Source: Candidatus Nomurabacteria bacterium
Lineage (GTDB): Bacteria; Patescibacteriota; Minisyncoccia; Phycocordibacterales; UBA918
NCBI GenBank assembly: GCA_020632135.1
Contig: JACKGC010000001.1
Span: forward strand, 244,241-308,240
Reading direction: 5' to 3'
DNA: 64,000 nucleotides
Shown: in pieces, positions 17,977-28,475 of the stretch
How the letters are laid out: the number at the start of each line of letters is the position of its first letter
Numbering within the stretch: position 1 is the stretch's first letter
Translations under genes and position numbers: made by a program
Notes under the pieces: model-generated
Seen by the model: only the letters and a program-made list of their open reading frames with translations
Told to the model about the DNA's origin: nothing
Database searches by the model: none

Positions 17977-19401
17977 CTAGTCCTGTTCTCGCCAATCACT
18001 CAGCACGTAGTTTGAAGAGGTGTTGGGTACGAGTGGTGGCGGATTATCAACGAGGTTACGATCGTACGTGTTGTATCGGTTTTCAAAACCAGAAACGTAC
18101 GTGCCACCGCTTGTCCACTTAGTACCGACACTGCCCTTGGAGACGACCGTCCCGTTCATGGTAAGCGAGTCACGTTTGTAGTACGATCTGAAGTCCAGCG
18201 GACCGGACGGGTTGGGGAGATTGCCATAGGTGTAGTAGTTGCGACCAAAGTGACCCTGCTGGGCGATGAATATACCGTTGAGTGTCATATCATCTGGGAC
18301 ATCAACGCCCACGAGCACATCATCGTCAGCAATGGCAAGCAAGCCATCCTCACTCGGATCCTCATACTCAATATCTCCCTGCAAGATGATGGTTTCAGAG
18401 GAGACAATACTAATGAGGTCATCGAGGTCTTCCCCCGCCTCTGCTTCAAGCCAGACCTTGTCGTCGATGAACACGACCGGGCAATCTGGATTAATTGTCC
18501 ACACTTCGCTTGAACCAAGCTCATCAATGATGTGCCGCTCCCAGTTGTTGTGCCCATCGCGGTAATTGTAGGTATCCTCCACCTCAGTCACGCGGATCTG
18601 GTGGTTCCCAATAAACTGCACCAAGTACCCGTAGTAGCTTGACGCGTCTTTATGATACCCACCATTATCCTCCGCCGCTGTTTCAATGTCATCGAGATCA
18701 TTAACGAACGTGCCAAAACTCACCGGCGTGGTTGGGAATACGAACAGGCTCGGATCAGCGTTTGCCGTAGTAGTAAACACTCCATCAGCGTCATCAATAT
18801 CAGGACTGCACTGGTCTTCACAATCCCACGTTTCTAAGCCGCTACTTACGACCGAGTGATTTGTGCCGTCCATGCGAATTCCACCGTTGGAGTGGTACGG
18901 CCCGTAGATCTGTCGATCGGGTCCTGCCCAAACGTTCGCATCCAAGATGTATGAGTAGCTTGCTACTGTTGGGCGGATGAAGCGTGCGCTTATCGTCCGA
19001 GTGAGCGCTGGGTCAATGTAGGAGTGGCCAGTCGAAATGACTTCAATAGAAGAAATAGCACCGCAGTAGGTCGTGCTCGCAACGGTGAGCACAAACTCGC
19101 CAATGTCACCGTCCTCTGGGTGGGTGTACACGTGTGTTTCAGAACCAGACGATGGTAGAGCTGCATCAATATCCACCGTGTTGTGGTGCAGGTACCACTT
19201 GTAGTAATTAAGTCCCGCCTCGGCGATCTCGGCGGCCTGGTTGAGCACGTACCGTTGAGTAACGATCTGACTCTGGGTAATGATGTAGCCGATGTAACCA
19301 CTCATGATAGTAAAGAAGATGGCTCCAAACATGAGTACTAGGATCAAGAGTGTACCCTGCTCAAATAGTTTTCTTTTTTTTACCTGGCCAACAAAGAACA
19401 T
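17977..19401 (-). CDS. PilX-N-like pilus-associated protein (putative minor pilin / tip protein)
   Basis: N-terminus KKRKLFEQGTLLILVLMFGAIFFTIM resembles the PilX N-terminal segment. Last gene of the pilB-pilC-pilin operon. Confidence 0.5.
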   Translation of the reverse strand: MFFVGQVKKRKLFEQGTLLILVLMFGAIFFTIMSGYIGYIITQSQIVTQRYVLNQAAEIAEAGLNYYKWYLHHNTVDIDAALPSSGSETHVYTHPEDGDIGEFVLTVASTTYCGAISSIEVISTGHSYIDPALTRTISARFIRPTVASYSYILDANVWAGPDRQIYGPYHSNGGIRMDGTNHSVVSSGLETWDCEDQCSPDIDDADGVFTTTANADPSLFVFPTTPVSFGTFVNDLDDIETAAEDNGGYHKDASSYYGYLVQFIGNHQIRVTEVEDTYNYRDGHNNWERHIIDELGSSEVWTINPDCPVVFIDDKVWLEAEAGEDLDDLISIVSSETIILQGDIEYEDPSEDGLLAIADDDVLVGVDVPDDMTLNGIFIAQQGHFGRNYYTYGNLPNPSGPLDFRSYYKRDSLTMNGTVVSKGSVGTKWTSGGTYVSGFENRYNTYDRNLVDNPPPLVPNTSSNYVLSDWREQD

Positions 19402-19406
19402 ATGAT

Positions 19407-20018
19407 TTAGAGATTGTCTTTAATATTACGTGGTGCCACCGCGGTTCGCAACATGAATTCACCTGGTGATCGCACCGGATCGATGTTCACGATGATCTGC
19501 GCCCGAATGTACCGCACATCGGTCAATAGTGCGGTCGCATCAAGCTCTGTTCCCACTGAATCGTAGTAAAAGAAAGTTGAGGTACCCTGAGAAATATTCT
19601 GCACGTACTCTGAGACGATCTCCTCGGTGTCTGGATTGTTGTAATCATACACAGGAGGTGAACCGGTAGGATCATGGGAGCGTCGATACAGAGTCGTACC
19701 TGATAACTCATACTCTATGTATTCAACAAGGTCATCTTTATCAACGTCACTGTAGAAACCAATGAGATGTTCTTCGATCTCGGCCACGGGGAACGTGCCG
19801 TTCTCAGCGTACGTCATTTCGCGCAAGTCACGTGTTAGTTTGGTGACGCCTCGACGAGCGTTATCAACCTCTCCTGCTTGGGCAGTGAGGTACGAGTTGG
19901 TCTGGTAAAACGACTGGGCAAACCCAAAGACCATACCAATGAGCAATACCCACAGACCAATGACAACCAACATCTCGATGAGCGTCATCCCTTTCTGATG
20001 CAAGTTAATCATGATCAT
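19407..20018 (-). CDS. Prepilin-type N-terminal cleavage/methylation domain protein (minor pilin/pseudopilin)
   Basis: KG|MTLIEMLVVIGLWVLL is a canonical class III signal. 4-nt overlap with the upstream gene. Confidence 0.75.
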   Translation of the reverse strand: MIMINLHQKGMTLIEMLVVIGLWVLLIGMVFGFAQSFYQTNSYLTAQAGEVDNARRGVTKLTRDLREMTYAENGTFPVAEIEEHLIGFYSDVDKDDLVEYIEYELSGTTLYRRSHDPTGSPPVYDYNNPDTEEIVSEYVQNISQGTSTFFYYDSVGTELDATALLTDVRYIRAQIIVNIDPVRSPGEFMLRTAVAPRNIKDNL

Positions 20019-21775
20019 AGTTCATGTAAGACAACACTAAGCCTGGTGTCTCCATTGATCTCGTACGAACTGTTCGTGTAGGTGTCATACCCCAGGCGAG
20101 ACACTTCAACCGTGTAATCAACCTGCACTCCGTCGGTGTTACTGAAGAAGCCTTGGCCGCACGCGTCGGTAGTGGTCGTGGCACCATAACCAGAGCGTGA
20201 CAACACTACGACCGCCCCTGGCAGGAGTACACCATCGTTGGTCTTTGCCACTACAAGGAGCGTGTCGTCAGGGGTGTTTTCAAGTACCAGTTCCAAAGCG
20301 GTGTCGACCCCTGCCTGATGGTCAAGCAGTACATCTAGCTGCTGAAAATTCAGGTCGGCATTCGCGCAGGCTCGAGTTAGGGTCAGCCCGTCACCATTAC
20401 TGATCATGTACTCATCATCAAACTCCATGTCAGGAAGCGAAACAACCGCACCAACCCCTGAGCTGTGGACGGCATCATATTTGTATACACCAGTACCAAT
20501 AGTCTTCTTGCTGCGTACGGTCAGATCTACATTTGAACGAGCCGTTTCGCTCTCGCGATAGTACACCGCGAGATCGTCGATGTGCGGAGTGTCAGTGGTA
20601 TCGCCGGTGAGATCTAGCTCCACAGTTAGGTCTGGGTACGCGACCACATCAAGCGCACTGAGATCAACGATACGATCCGTAAACCCAGCCGCGTTTCCTG
20701 GGAGGTCGGTCTCAGCAACCAACTCGTACCCGGTGGTAGTGCCAGTATAGAAATGCACACGGTACGCGGTATTCAGGGGGGCAGTGCCGACGATGACCGC
20801 TGACTCCCAGCGCTCCAAGGACGCCGGCTCGATCTGCTGCAGTCTGGCGCTGCCGCTTGCCTCGAATACTCCGAGACTCTCTTTGAGTTCTAAACGACCA
20901 ACGTTTAGAGTCACGCTGCTGCTTGCTTGGATCTCAGCAGTATCAGCAAAAGCAACCGTGGAAGAAGCATCGGTGATACCACTAAACGTACTGATCTCTA
21001 GGTCGCTTAGCGCTCCGATCTGAAACCCCTGATCGGTGATCAGCGCTTCTGCCACCGTGAATGAGCCCGGGCTTGGGTTGGGATTGCCTCCAGTGGCAAC
21101 GTACGTCCCATCAGTCGAGTACCCTGCCATGGTGGCTGACGCGTGGTAATTACTGCTGGCTGGAACAATGAATGCTGCCACCCCTGCTGGGCCAGTGACA
21201 CGCGTGACGTCAATGGTTGGGCCTGTGGTGTCATTTGTCACCTGCACTGTTGCGCCGGCAAGTGGAGAGCCGTCAGCGTCTGTCACCGCTACGTTGATGG
21301 CGCCACCACCTTCGTTGGTTTCCACTGAGACAGGTACGATATTACTGACGTAGGAAATGCTCTTGGTCTCCCCGTGAGTGACCCAAGAGATCTCGATTTT
21401 GAGCTTTTTGTAGTCGGTAATGATGCCGTTGGAATCTACACCTAGCTCATCGTCAGCCGGGTCATCAATGTAATCAACCAAGACCCGTTCGGAAAACGCA
21501 ATGCCATTCAACGTGATTGTTCGGTTCTGCGGAATGACTCCCGATGGGAACCCGGATATCGTACCTACGTCGTTATACGAGAGCGACCGGAAGTACTCCA
21601 TACGCTCACTCGCCAACGACATGGCGGCCAAACGTGCGCTCGAATCAGCGGAGAGGCGCAGGGAGTACTCAATCGCGGAGTACAACGCCATGAAGATCGT
21701 CGTTGCAACTGCAATGGTGATGAGGATCCCCACCAGAGTCATGCCGCTATGTGATTGAACTGGTCGGTGCGGCAT
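20015..21775 (-). CDS. Large pilin-like protein with non-canonical prepilin N-terminus
   Basis: SHSG|MTLVGILITIAVATTIF has Gly in place of Glu5. Carboxypeptidase-regulatory-like beta segments (GATVQVTNDTTG..., LPGAVVVLSRSGYG...). Confidence 0.55.
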   Translation of the reverse strand: MPHRPVQSHSGMTLVGILITIAVATTIFMALYSAIEYSLRLSADSSARLAAMSLASERMEYFRSLSYNDVGTISGFPSGVIPQNRTITLNGIAFSERVLVDYIDDPADDELGVDSNGIITDYKKLKIEISWVTHGETKSISYVSNIVPVSVETNEGGGAINVAVTDADGSPLAGATVQVTNDTTGPTIDVTRVTGPAGVAAFIVPASSNYHASATMAGYSTDGTYVATGGNPNPSPGSFTVAEALITDQGFQIGALSDLEISTFSGITDASSTVAFADTAEIQASSSVTLNVGRLELKESLGVFEASGSARLQQIEPASLERWESAVIVGTAPLNTAYRVHFYTGTTTGYELVAETDLPGNAAGFTDRIVDLSALDVVAYPDLTVELDLTGDTTDTPHIDDLAVYYRESETARSNVDLTVRSKKTIGTGVYKYDAVHSSGVGAVVSLPDMEFDDEYMISNGDGLTLTRACANADLNFQQLDVLLDHQAGVDTALELVLENTPDDTLLVVAKTNDGVLLPGAVVVLSRSGYGATTTTDACGQGFFSNTDGVQVDYTVEVSRLGYDTYTNSSYEINGDTRLSVVLHEL

Positions 21776-21780
21776 ATGCG

Positions 21781-23010
21781 TTAGTTGAGTCCATCACTGA
21801 TCGAATAAATCGGCGCAATGAGTGCGAGCGCAAAGAAACCGACCGTACCACCAATCACCACCATGAGGAGCGGCTCGACAATCGTAGAGAGATCCTTGGT
21901 TTTACGCTCCACCTCCGTCTCGTAGAAGATCGCCAGTTCGCCGAGCATACCGGCGATCTGGCCCGTCTCTTCACCCACGAGGATCATTTCACCAACCAGA
22001 ATGGGGTACAGGTCTTGTCGTTCGATGAACGTCTCAGAGAGCGCTGTTCCCTTCTCAACACGCGTCGCGGCCTCACGCAGAATCTCTTTGTAAAACACAT
22101 TTTGCAGCACCTCTTCAGTGATGGTGATCGACTGGAGCACGTCCACCCCAGAATTAAGCAGTGAAGAAAGTGTCCGCGCAGTTCGAGCTGCGTTGGTCTC
22201 CTTCGCCATCTTGCCGATAACCGGCAATCGCACCACCACAAAGGAGGACACGATGTGTCCCCACCTGGTCTTTAAGAAATAGATGAAGCCAGCGACCACA
22301 GCAATGAGGCCACCAATCGCCAGCAGGGTGTATTCGACCAGAAAATTACTCGTTGCAATCAGGATCTTGGTGGTAGCTGGCAGGTCTTTACCCATATTTT
22401 CAAACACTCCCGTGATCTGAGGCATCACGTAGATCATCATGAGGATACCAATAATGACCATCACCGTAATGACGATCGAAGGGTAGATCATAGCACCCTT
22501 GATCTTTTTCTTGAGTGTCGTTGATCGCTCCATCTGGACGGAAAGCGTTTGGAGTGAGCCAGCGAGGTTACCGCTCTCCTCACCAGCTCGAATCATGGCG
22601 ACGTAGAGATCGTTGAAGGTTTCCGGAAATTCCTTCAAAGTTTCATAGAATGGATCACCTTGATTGATCCGCTCCAGAATCCGCGTAATGGTACCTTTAA
22701 GGCGCGGGTTCTTACTCTGTCGCTCAATCACCGAGAGGGCACGCGAAACGGTCAGGCCTGCCACCAACATGGAGCCAAGGTTTCGCGTAACCATCACCAA
22801 CTCATCATCCTTGACCCGACTCAAGTGGTAATTGATCTTCTCCATGTCGAAGAAGCGGTGCATGCTGAATTTGGTTGACTCCGCGATCGAAGTTACCGTA
22901 TGACCCTGGTTACGCGCGATGGCATAGACAGCAAAACGGTCCTTGGCCTCAACAGTATTAGTGACTTTGTTTCCCTCACCATCTTCCCCTTTGTATGTGA
23001 ATGTGGGCAT
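21781..23010 (-). CDS. pilC: Type IV pilus / T2SS platform protein PilC (GspF family)
   Basis: 409 aa with two T2SSF repeats and 3 TM segments. Lies directly after the pilB-like ATPase. Confidence 0.9.
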   Translation of the reverse strand: MPTFTYKGEDGEGNKVTNTVEAKDRFAVYAIARNQGHTVTSIAESTKFSMHRFFDMEKINYHLSRVKDDELVMVTRNLGSMLVAGLTVSRALSVIERQSKNPRLKGTITRILERINQGDPFYETLKEFPETFNDLYVAMIRAGEESGNLAGSLQTLSVQMERSTTLKKKIKGAMIYPSIVITVMVIIGILMMIYVMPQITGVFENMGKDLPATTKILIATSNFLVEYTLLAIGGLIAVVAGFIYFLKTRWGHIVSSFVVVRLPVIGKMAKETNAARTARTLSSLLNSGVDVLQSITITEEVLQNVFYKEILREAATRVEKGTALSETFIERQDLYPILVGEMILVGEETGQIAGMLGELAIFYETEVERKTKDLSTIVEPLLMVVIGGTVGFFALALIAPIYSISDGLN

Positions 23011-23012
23011 GA

Positions 23013-24761
23013 TTATTCGTTGATGACTCGGAGCACTTCTTCGATGCTCGTGAGGCCCTGCGCAGCTTTAACGATCCCGTCCTCGATCATGGTGAGCATC
23101 CCTTCAGTAGTAGCTTGCGCAGCAACCTCATCACCGGTTTTATTGGCCATGACCATATCTTTGATGGTTGGCGACATCTGCAAGACCTCGTGGATACCCA
23201 TACGACCTTTAAAGCCATCTTCTGTCTCACCCTTTTCTTTCGGATGATAGAACGGAACATCGTTCCAGGTTGCGTCTGACTTCACCACACCTTCCTCCTT
23301 CAGGCACGCCATGACACGATCGAGGTCGACCTTTTCAGCGAGTTTTTCGCGCTCATCTTTCGAGAGCGTATACATGATCTTATCGTCAGCCAGACGCCGC
23401 ACCAAACGCTGACCAATAGCAACTCGCAAAGTGGACACCAACAGGAACGATTCTGCTCCCATGTCGATGAGACGCGCAATAGTACCGGCAGCCGAGTTGG
23501 TGTGGAGTGTCGCCAACACTAAGTGTCCGGTTAGCGCAGCATTAATGGCTAGACTGGCCGTTTCTTGGTCACGGATCTCTCCCACCATGATAATGTCCGG
23601 GTCTTGACGCATAAGCGAGCGAAGGCCAGCCGCAAAAGTGAAGCCGATATCGGGCTTTACTTGCGATTGGTTGACTCGTGCCATTTGGTACTCGATCGGA
23701 TCTTCAACAGTAGAGATATTGACCTCTGGGGTATTGAGAATATCGAGGATGGTATAGAGCGTGGTCGACTTACCAGAACCCGTTGGTCCGGTAACCAAAA
23801 TGATTCCTGTTGTTGCGCGTGTGGCACGGTGAATACGCTCTAGAGTCTCGCCGTGAAAACCGATGCCTTCGAGTGAGAAACCGCTGCGATTCTCACGCAA
23901 GAGACGCATCACCACTTTTTCGCCATAGAAGACTGGCAAGATCGAGACACGAAAGGCGACCTTCTGACCGTCCATCTCCATTTTGAAACGACCATCCTGC
24001 GGCAAGCGCTTCTGGTCAAGCTTGAGGTTGGAAAGGACCTTGAGGCGCGCCACGATACTATCCGCAGCGATCTTCGGTAGCTTCATAGCATCGTGCAAGA
24101 TACCGTCGGTGCGGTACCGGACCAACACCTCCTCTTCCATTGGTTCGATATGAATGTCTGACGCGCCTTGAATGATAGCGTGACGTAAAAGTGTATCAAC
24201 GATCCGAACGACCGGCAGGTCTTCAGCCATTTGCTTCAACTCCTTTTCGCTCATCTCCTCCCCTTCTTCATTAAGGACCTTAAGTTCTGAAGCATCCTTC
24301 ATGATGAGGTCACCGAACTCATCTTTGAGAGTTTTCTGATATTGGCGAAGAGCCAACCGCATAGACTCGGTGTCAGTGAGGCGTGGCTGGATACGCAGCT
24401 CCACCTTCTTCTTGATGAAGTCAATGGCTGGTAGATCAGCTGTATCGAGCATCGCAACCTCGAGCGAGTCTTCTGATTCCTTGTACGCAATGATGTTGTG
24501 CGCACGGGCCACCGGCTCGGGAATGAGAGTGAGGGTCTCAAAATCAATCTTCATGTTCTTGAGCGATACGAATGGAATACCGAGCACGTAGGACTCAACC
24601 CGACGCATGTCGTCTTCCGACATATGACCATGCGCAATGAGCGCTTCACTGAGCGTGCGCTCCTCTTCCTTGGCGACCTTTTCCGCGGCGGCAATATCAG
24701 CCTTAGTAATAAGGCCAGCATCGAGGATGAATCGCTTAAGTTGTTCGTCTTGAATACGCAT
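23013..24761 (-). CDS. pilB: Type IV pilus assembly ATPase PilB (GspE family)
   Basis: Start taken at MRIQDEQLKRF (ATG at 24761). Walker A GPTGSGKSTT, Asp box, MRQDPDIIMVGEIRD, His box. Confidence 0.92.
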   Translation of the reverse strand: MRIQDEQLKRFILDAGLITKADIAAAEKVAKEEERTLSEALIAHGHMSEDDMRRVESYVLGIPFVSLKNMKIDFETLTLIPEPVARAHNIIAYKESEDSLEVAMLDTADLPAIDFIKKKVELRIQPRLTDTESMRLALRQYQKTLKDEFGDLIMKDASELKVLNEEGEEMSEKELKQMAEDLPVVRIVDTLLRHAIIQGASDIHIEPMEEEVLVRYRTDGILHDAMKLPKIAADSIVARLKVLSNLKLDQKRLPQDGRFKMEMDGQKVAFRVSILPVFYGEKVVMRLLRENRSGFSLEGIGFHGETLERIHRATRATTGIILVTGPTGSGKSTTLYTILDILNTPEVNISTVEDPIEYQMARVNQSQVKPDIGFTFAAGLRSLMRQDPDIIMVGEIRDQETASLAINAALTGHLVLATLHTNSAAGTIARLIDMGAESFLLVSTLRVAIGQRLVRRLADDKIMYTLSKDEREKLAEKVDLDRVMACLKEEGVVKSDATWNDVPFYHPKEKGETEDGFKGRMGIHEVLQMSPTIKDMVMANKTGDEVAAQATTEGMLTMIEDGIVKAAQGLTSIEEVLRVINE

Positions 24762-25006
24762 GCAAAAAACAAAAGACCAATACCTCCGGTTCTTCTTGCT
24801 ACCCATTATAACATCGACTCCTCGATGCAGCGGGCAGATGTACACGGTAAATATGCCCGTCAATAGAATTTTGACTTTTTTACCAGGCAGGAGTATAGTT
24901 TTTTTCATCTGATGAATGACTGCTCGGCCAAAGGCCGAGCAGTCTTCGTAGGACGGGGCCATAGGTCCCGCCCTACCGGATACCTGAAACACTAACAAAT
25001 CACATA

Positions 25007-26458
25007 ATGTTTGACCTCAAAGTAATCAATTCGGTCCTGACCGAAATGGAAGAAGAACGCGGCATTCCTCGCGAACGCATGCTTGATGCGATCGAGCAGT
25101 CTTTAGCGACTGCCTACAAAAAGGAATTTGGTAAGCGCGGGCAGATCATCACGTGTAAATTCGACATGAACAGCGGCACGACCGAGTTCAATCAAATAAA
25201 GATCGTGGTCGACGAAAGTATGTTGAAGCCAGAACCAGAACTCGACGAAGATGGCAACCCGATCGATGAGGAGGTGGAAGAGACCACTGAGGGTGCTGAA
25301 GAAGATACCCGAGTGCGCTTCGACGAAGAGAAACACATCATGATCAACAACGCACGCATGATCAAGAAAGATGTGGAGCGTGGTGAAGAGCTTATTTTTC
25401 CGCTGGAACCAAAGGATGATTTTGGACGCATCGCTGCTCAAACCGCCAAACAGGTGATCATGCAAAAGATCCGCGAAGCAGAGAAGGATTCTGCACTCGC
25501 AGAATTTGGCCAGAAAGCAGGCGATATTGTCATTGGCCATGTCCAGCGCTTTGAGCGAGGCAATCTCTACGTTGACCTCGGCCGTGTTACGGCGATTATG
25601 CCGTACGACGAGCAGATCCCCGGTGAGCGATTCAAGCCCGGTGAGCGAATTCGCGCTATCTTGCTCGCAGTGGAAGAAACTCCGCGTGGCATCTTCCTGA
25701 AACTCTCTCGTTCACACCCTGACTTCCTCGTTGCTCTCTTTACCATAGAAGCACCTGAACTCCAGACCGGTGCAGTTGAAGTAAAAGCGGTCGCTCGTGA
25801 GGCTGGCGCTCGCAGCAAGATCGCTGTCTACGCCCACGACGAGCACATCGACCCGGTTGGTTCACTCGTTGGTCAGCGTGGCGTGCGTGTATCGACCGTT
25901 ATGAGTGAGCTTGGGGGTGAAAAGATCGACATCATTGAGTGGTCACCAGAGAATGTTGAATTCATTGAGGATGCACTTTCACCAGCTCAGGTCATGGAGG
26001 TTCGCATTGAAACAGAGCCTGATGCAGAGGCTGGCGAGCGCGGCCATGCGGTAGCCGAGGTTGCTTCTGACCAACAATCACTTGCCATCGGCCGCGGTGG
26101 TCAAAACGTTCGTCTCGCTGCCAAGCTGACTGGCTGGAAAATTGATATCGTCTCTGCCAACACTGGCGAAGACCTGGCTGAGGCTGATGCCGATGGCGAG
26201 GTAAATCTTGAAGCGCCAGCTGATACCGAAGCCGGCACCGATGACGAAGTGCTTGAAAGTGAAGACGCCACTACCACTAAGCCAGACCTTGAGGAAGTCC
26301 TCGAAGAGGCTGAAGATACCAGTGACCGTGATATGACTCCCGGTGCTGAATCTGAGGGCGAGGACGAGATCGACACGCCAGAAGAAGCTGAAGCAGAGCT
26401 GGCCCCGGCAGTCGATGAGGAGATTGCAGAGGAGGCTGAAGCAGAGGAGAAAAAGTAA
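25007..26458 (+). CDS. nusA: Transcription termination/antitermination factor NusA with long acidic C-terminal tail
   Basis: N-terminal domain, S1 (GDIVIGHVQRFERGNLYVDLG), KH repeats (SLAIGRGGQNVRLAAKLTGWKIDI), then an Asp/Glu-rich tail. Confidence 0.93.
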   Translation: MFDLKVINSVLTEMEEERGIPRERMLDAIEQSLATAYKKEFGKRGQIITCKFDMNSGTTEFNQIKIVVDESMLKPEPELDEDGNPIDEEVEETTEGAEEDTRVRFDEEKHIMINNARMIKKDVERGEELIFPLEPKDDFGRIAAQTAKQVIMQKIREAEKDSALAEFGQKAGDIVIGHVQRFERGNLYVDLGRVTAIMPYDEQIPGERFKPGERIRAILLAVEETPRGIFLKLSRSHPDFLVALFTIEAPELQTGAVEVKAVAREAGARSKIAVYAHDEHIDPVGSLVGQRGVRVSTVMSELGGEKIDIIEWSPENVEFIEDALSPAQVMEVRIETEPDAEAGERGHAVAEVASDQQSLAIGRGGQNVRLAAKLTGWKIDIVSANTGEDLAEADADGEVNLEAPADTEAGTDDEVLESEDATTTKPDLEEVLEEAEDTSDRDMTPGAESEGEDEIDTPEEAEAELAPAVDEEIAEEAEAEEKK

Positions 26459-26461
26459 AAT

Positions 26462-26487
26462 AAAAACAGCGGCATTGCCGCTGTTTT
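26462..26487. terminator. Terminator after nusA
   Basis: aaaaacagcggc-attg-ccgctgttttt. Confidence 0.65.
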
Positions 26488-26826
26488 TCATTTTCTCTTC
26501 CTCTTGATCCCGAACTGGAGTTCCAGATCGATCTGGAACTGATCTACTCGATCAACAAACTTCATCCGTTGTTTGTCGGTCAGCTGTTCGCGATGCCGGC
26601 ACAAGAAGGTAATGAGTGTATTTCTTGCCAGTGGACCAAGCGGAGCTTTGCTCTTTAGCCCGAGAGCCTTGAGCGCCACCCGAAGCACTCGTCCTTGCCG
26701 CTTAAGGTCGTCGGTCTCGACCCACTCTTCAAGCACAGCATTAATTTTGCTCACAGATGACTGGTCAGGGTCCCCTTTCAACCACTTGAATATCTTATTC
26801 CCGAGCTTGGTACTTTTCTTACCCAT
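26488..26826 (-). CDS. Hypothetical basic protein
   Basis: 112-aa ORF. No motif recognised. Confidence 0.4.
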   Translation of the reverse strand: MGKKSTKLGNKIFKWLKGDPDQSSVSKINAVLEEWVETDDLKRQGRVLRVALKALGLKSKAPLGPLARNTLITFLCRHREQLTDKQRMKFVDRVDQFQIDLELQFGIKRKRK

Positions 26827-26951
26827 TGGCTTTCCTCGCGGCGGTGATTTGTACTACTTCCTGCATCATGCCTGAATTTAATTGGTGTTTCAAGAGTAAA
26901 AGCGGCGGGCCCACTTCGTGGACCCGCCGCTTTTACGTACACACAAAGACT

Positions 26952-27482
26952 CTACTGCTCTCCAAACCGCTTGATACAGTCATTGATGACTGCCACAGCT
27001 TCTTTCGCGTCACCATACCCGAGCACCTTGGTCGTGCCTGGCTTCTTGAGGTCTTTGTAGGTGTTGAAATGGTACTCCACCTTGCGCTTCCACTGCTCTG
27101 GCAGGTCTTCGAGGGTCTTGATGGCGTTACCACTATCGCGCTCATCCGCCGGCACACAGATGACCTTATGATCCATCTCACCATCGTCTTCGAAATTCAG
27201 CACACCAATGATACGTGCCTCAACCACTACTCCAAGCGGCAATGACTCTGGGCAGACCAAAAGAGTGTCGAGCTCATCACCATCTTCGTCGAGTGTACCG
27301 GGAATGAAACCATAGTTCGTTGGCTTGGCGAAGATCTCCGGCTCAACCCGATCAAGTTCGAAAGTACATTTCTCCCGATTGTATTCGACCTTCAGCATCG
27401 AACCTTTTGGGATCTCGACCACAGTATTGATAAGGCCGTTTTCAAGGTCACCAGGAGTGTAGAGTTTATTGTAATCAGTCAT
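26952..27482 (-). CDS. ppa: Inorganic pyrophosphatase (family I)
   Basis: Start taken at MTDYNKLY (ATG at 27482). NYGFIPGTLDEDGDELD and EDDGEMDHKVI are typical of PPase. Confidence 0.93.
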   Translation of the reverse strand: MTDYNKLYTPGDLENGLINTVVEIPKGSMLKVEYNREKCTFELDRVEPEIFAKPTNYGFIPGTLDEDGDELDTLLVCPESLPLGVVVEARIIGVLNFEDDGEMDHKVICVPADERDSGNAIKTLEDLPEQWKRKVEYHFNTYKDLKKPGTTKVLGYGDAKEAVAVINDCIKRFGEQ

Positions 27483-27660
27483 AGTATTTGTTTGGTTAAC
27501 GAGCGGATTATAGCACGCAAAAATCATTTGAAAATCCTTTATTTTAAAGCTCGATACACGTAACTGTGCATAGCGCCGCTGGGGCCAGTGCCGGAGCAGC
27601 GCTATACTTACCCTATCTACCAGGCGGTAGGGATGTTCGTATAAATTTACCCATACTCTT

Positions 27661-28404
27661 ATGAAGACCGTTACACACATTATCATCACTCACGCGCTAT
27701 TCCTGGCCCTGTTTGGTGGCGCAGCACTCGCGTTAGCCCAAGAAGATACAACAGTGGAAGCTGAGGCAACCATTGAAACCACCATTGAACTTGAAACCGA
27801 CACTACTCGCGGTAATGGTGCCGCACGCGCCAACGCCGAAGCGGAGATCAATGCACGACGAGCGGAGATCCAAGAGAGTGTTGCTGAGCGGCAAGAAGCC
27901 CGAACGGAGCAGCGCGCCGAGATCCAAACCAACATTGCAGAGCGTCGGGTGCAGCTACAGGCTCAGGGTAAGGAGCGTATTACAAATCTCGCTGCCAACA
28001 TGAGCAACCGCATGGAAGCAGTCATCGCTCGTCTGCAAAACATCATTGACCGCATAGATTCACGCATCGACAAACTCGCAGAGCGTGGCATTGACACCAC
28101 CGCTGCTGCACAAGCTTTGGCTTCTGCGCAACTGTCAGTGAACACCGCTGCACGTGAGATCGCAACCATTGATGCTGACGTGGCAGTCGCAGTTAGCGCG
28201 GAAGATGTCCGCACTGCCTGGAGCACCGTAAAAGCTAAATATCAGACCATCCGCGACCATCTCAAGACCGCCCACACCGAACTCCGCGCTGCAGTCACCG
28301 CTTTAAAAGAAGCCGTTGCAAATGCTGAAATGAGCGTACGTGCCACAACCCCAAGCGAAACCTCACTCGAAGCTACTGCCGGCGCTAATGAAGCTGGAAA
28401 TTAA
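27661..28404 (+). CDS. Secreted alpha-helical (Ala/Glu/Arg-rich) protein, function unknown
   Basis: Signal-like ITHALFLALFGGAALALAQE followed by long helical, low-complexity sequence. Confidence 0.5.
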   Translation: MKTVTHIIITHALFLALFGGAALALAQEDTTVEAEATIETTIELETDTTRGNGAARANAEAEINARRAEIQESVAERQEARTEQRAEIQTNIAERRVQLQAQGKERITNLAANMSNRMEAVIARLQNIIDRIDSRIDKLAERGIDTTAAAQALASAQLSVNTAAREIATIDADVAVAVSAEDVRTAWSTVKAKYQTIRDHLKTAHTELRAAVTALKEAVANAEMSVRATTPSETSLEATAGANEAGN

Positions 28405-28475
28405 TCAACCTAGTGCACAACTGTATGAATGGAGACCAACACAACATCAAGACCCCTGATTTTGAAGGTGAAGAG

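Noticed and set aside
24762-25006. Hairpins (gactgctcggcc-aaa-ggccgagcagtc at 24918-24944 and the following imperfect dyad) in the pilB/nusA divergent region as a riboswitch or attenuator
   Set aside because: No T-run, no recognisable riboswitch core, and the second dyad is imperfect. This is probably just promoter-region structure, and I cannot support a specific call.
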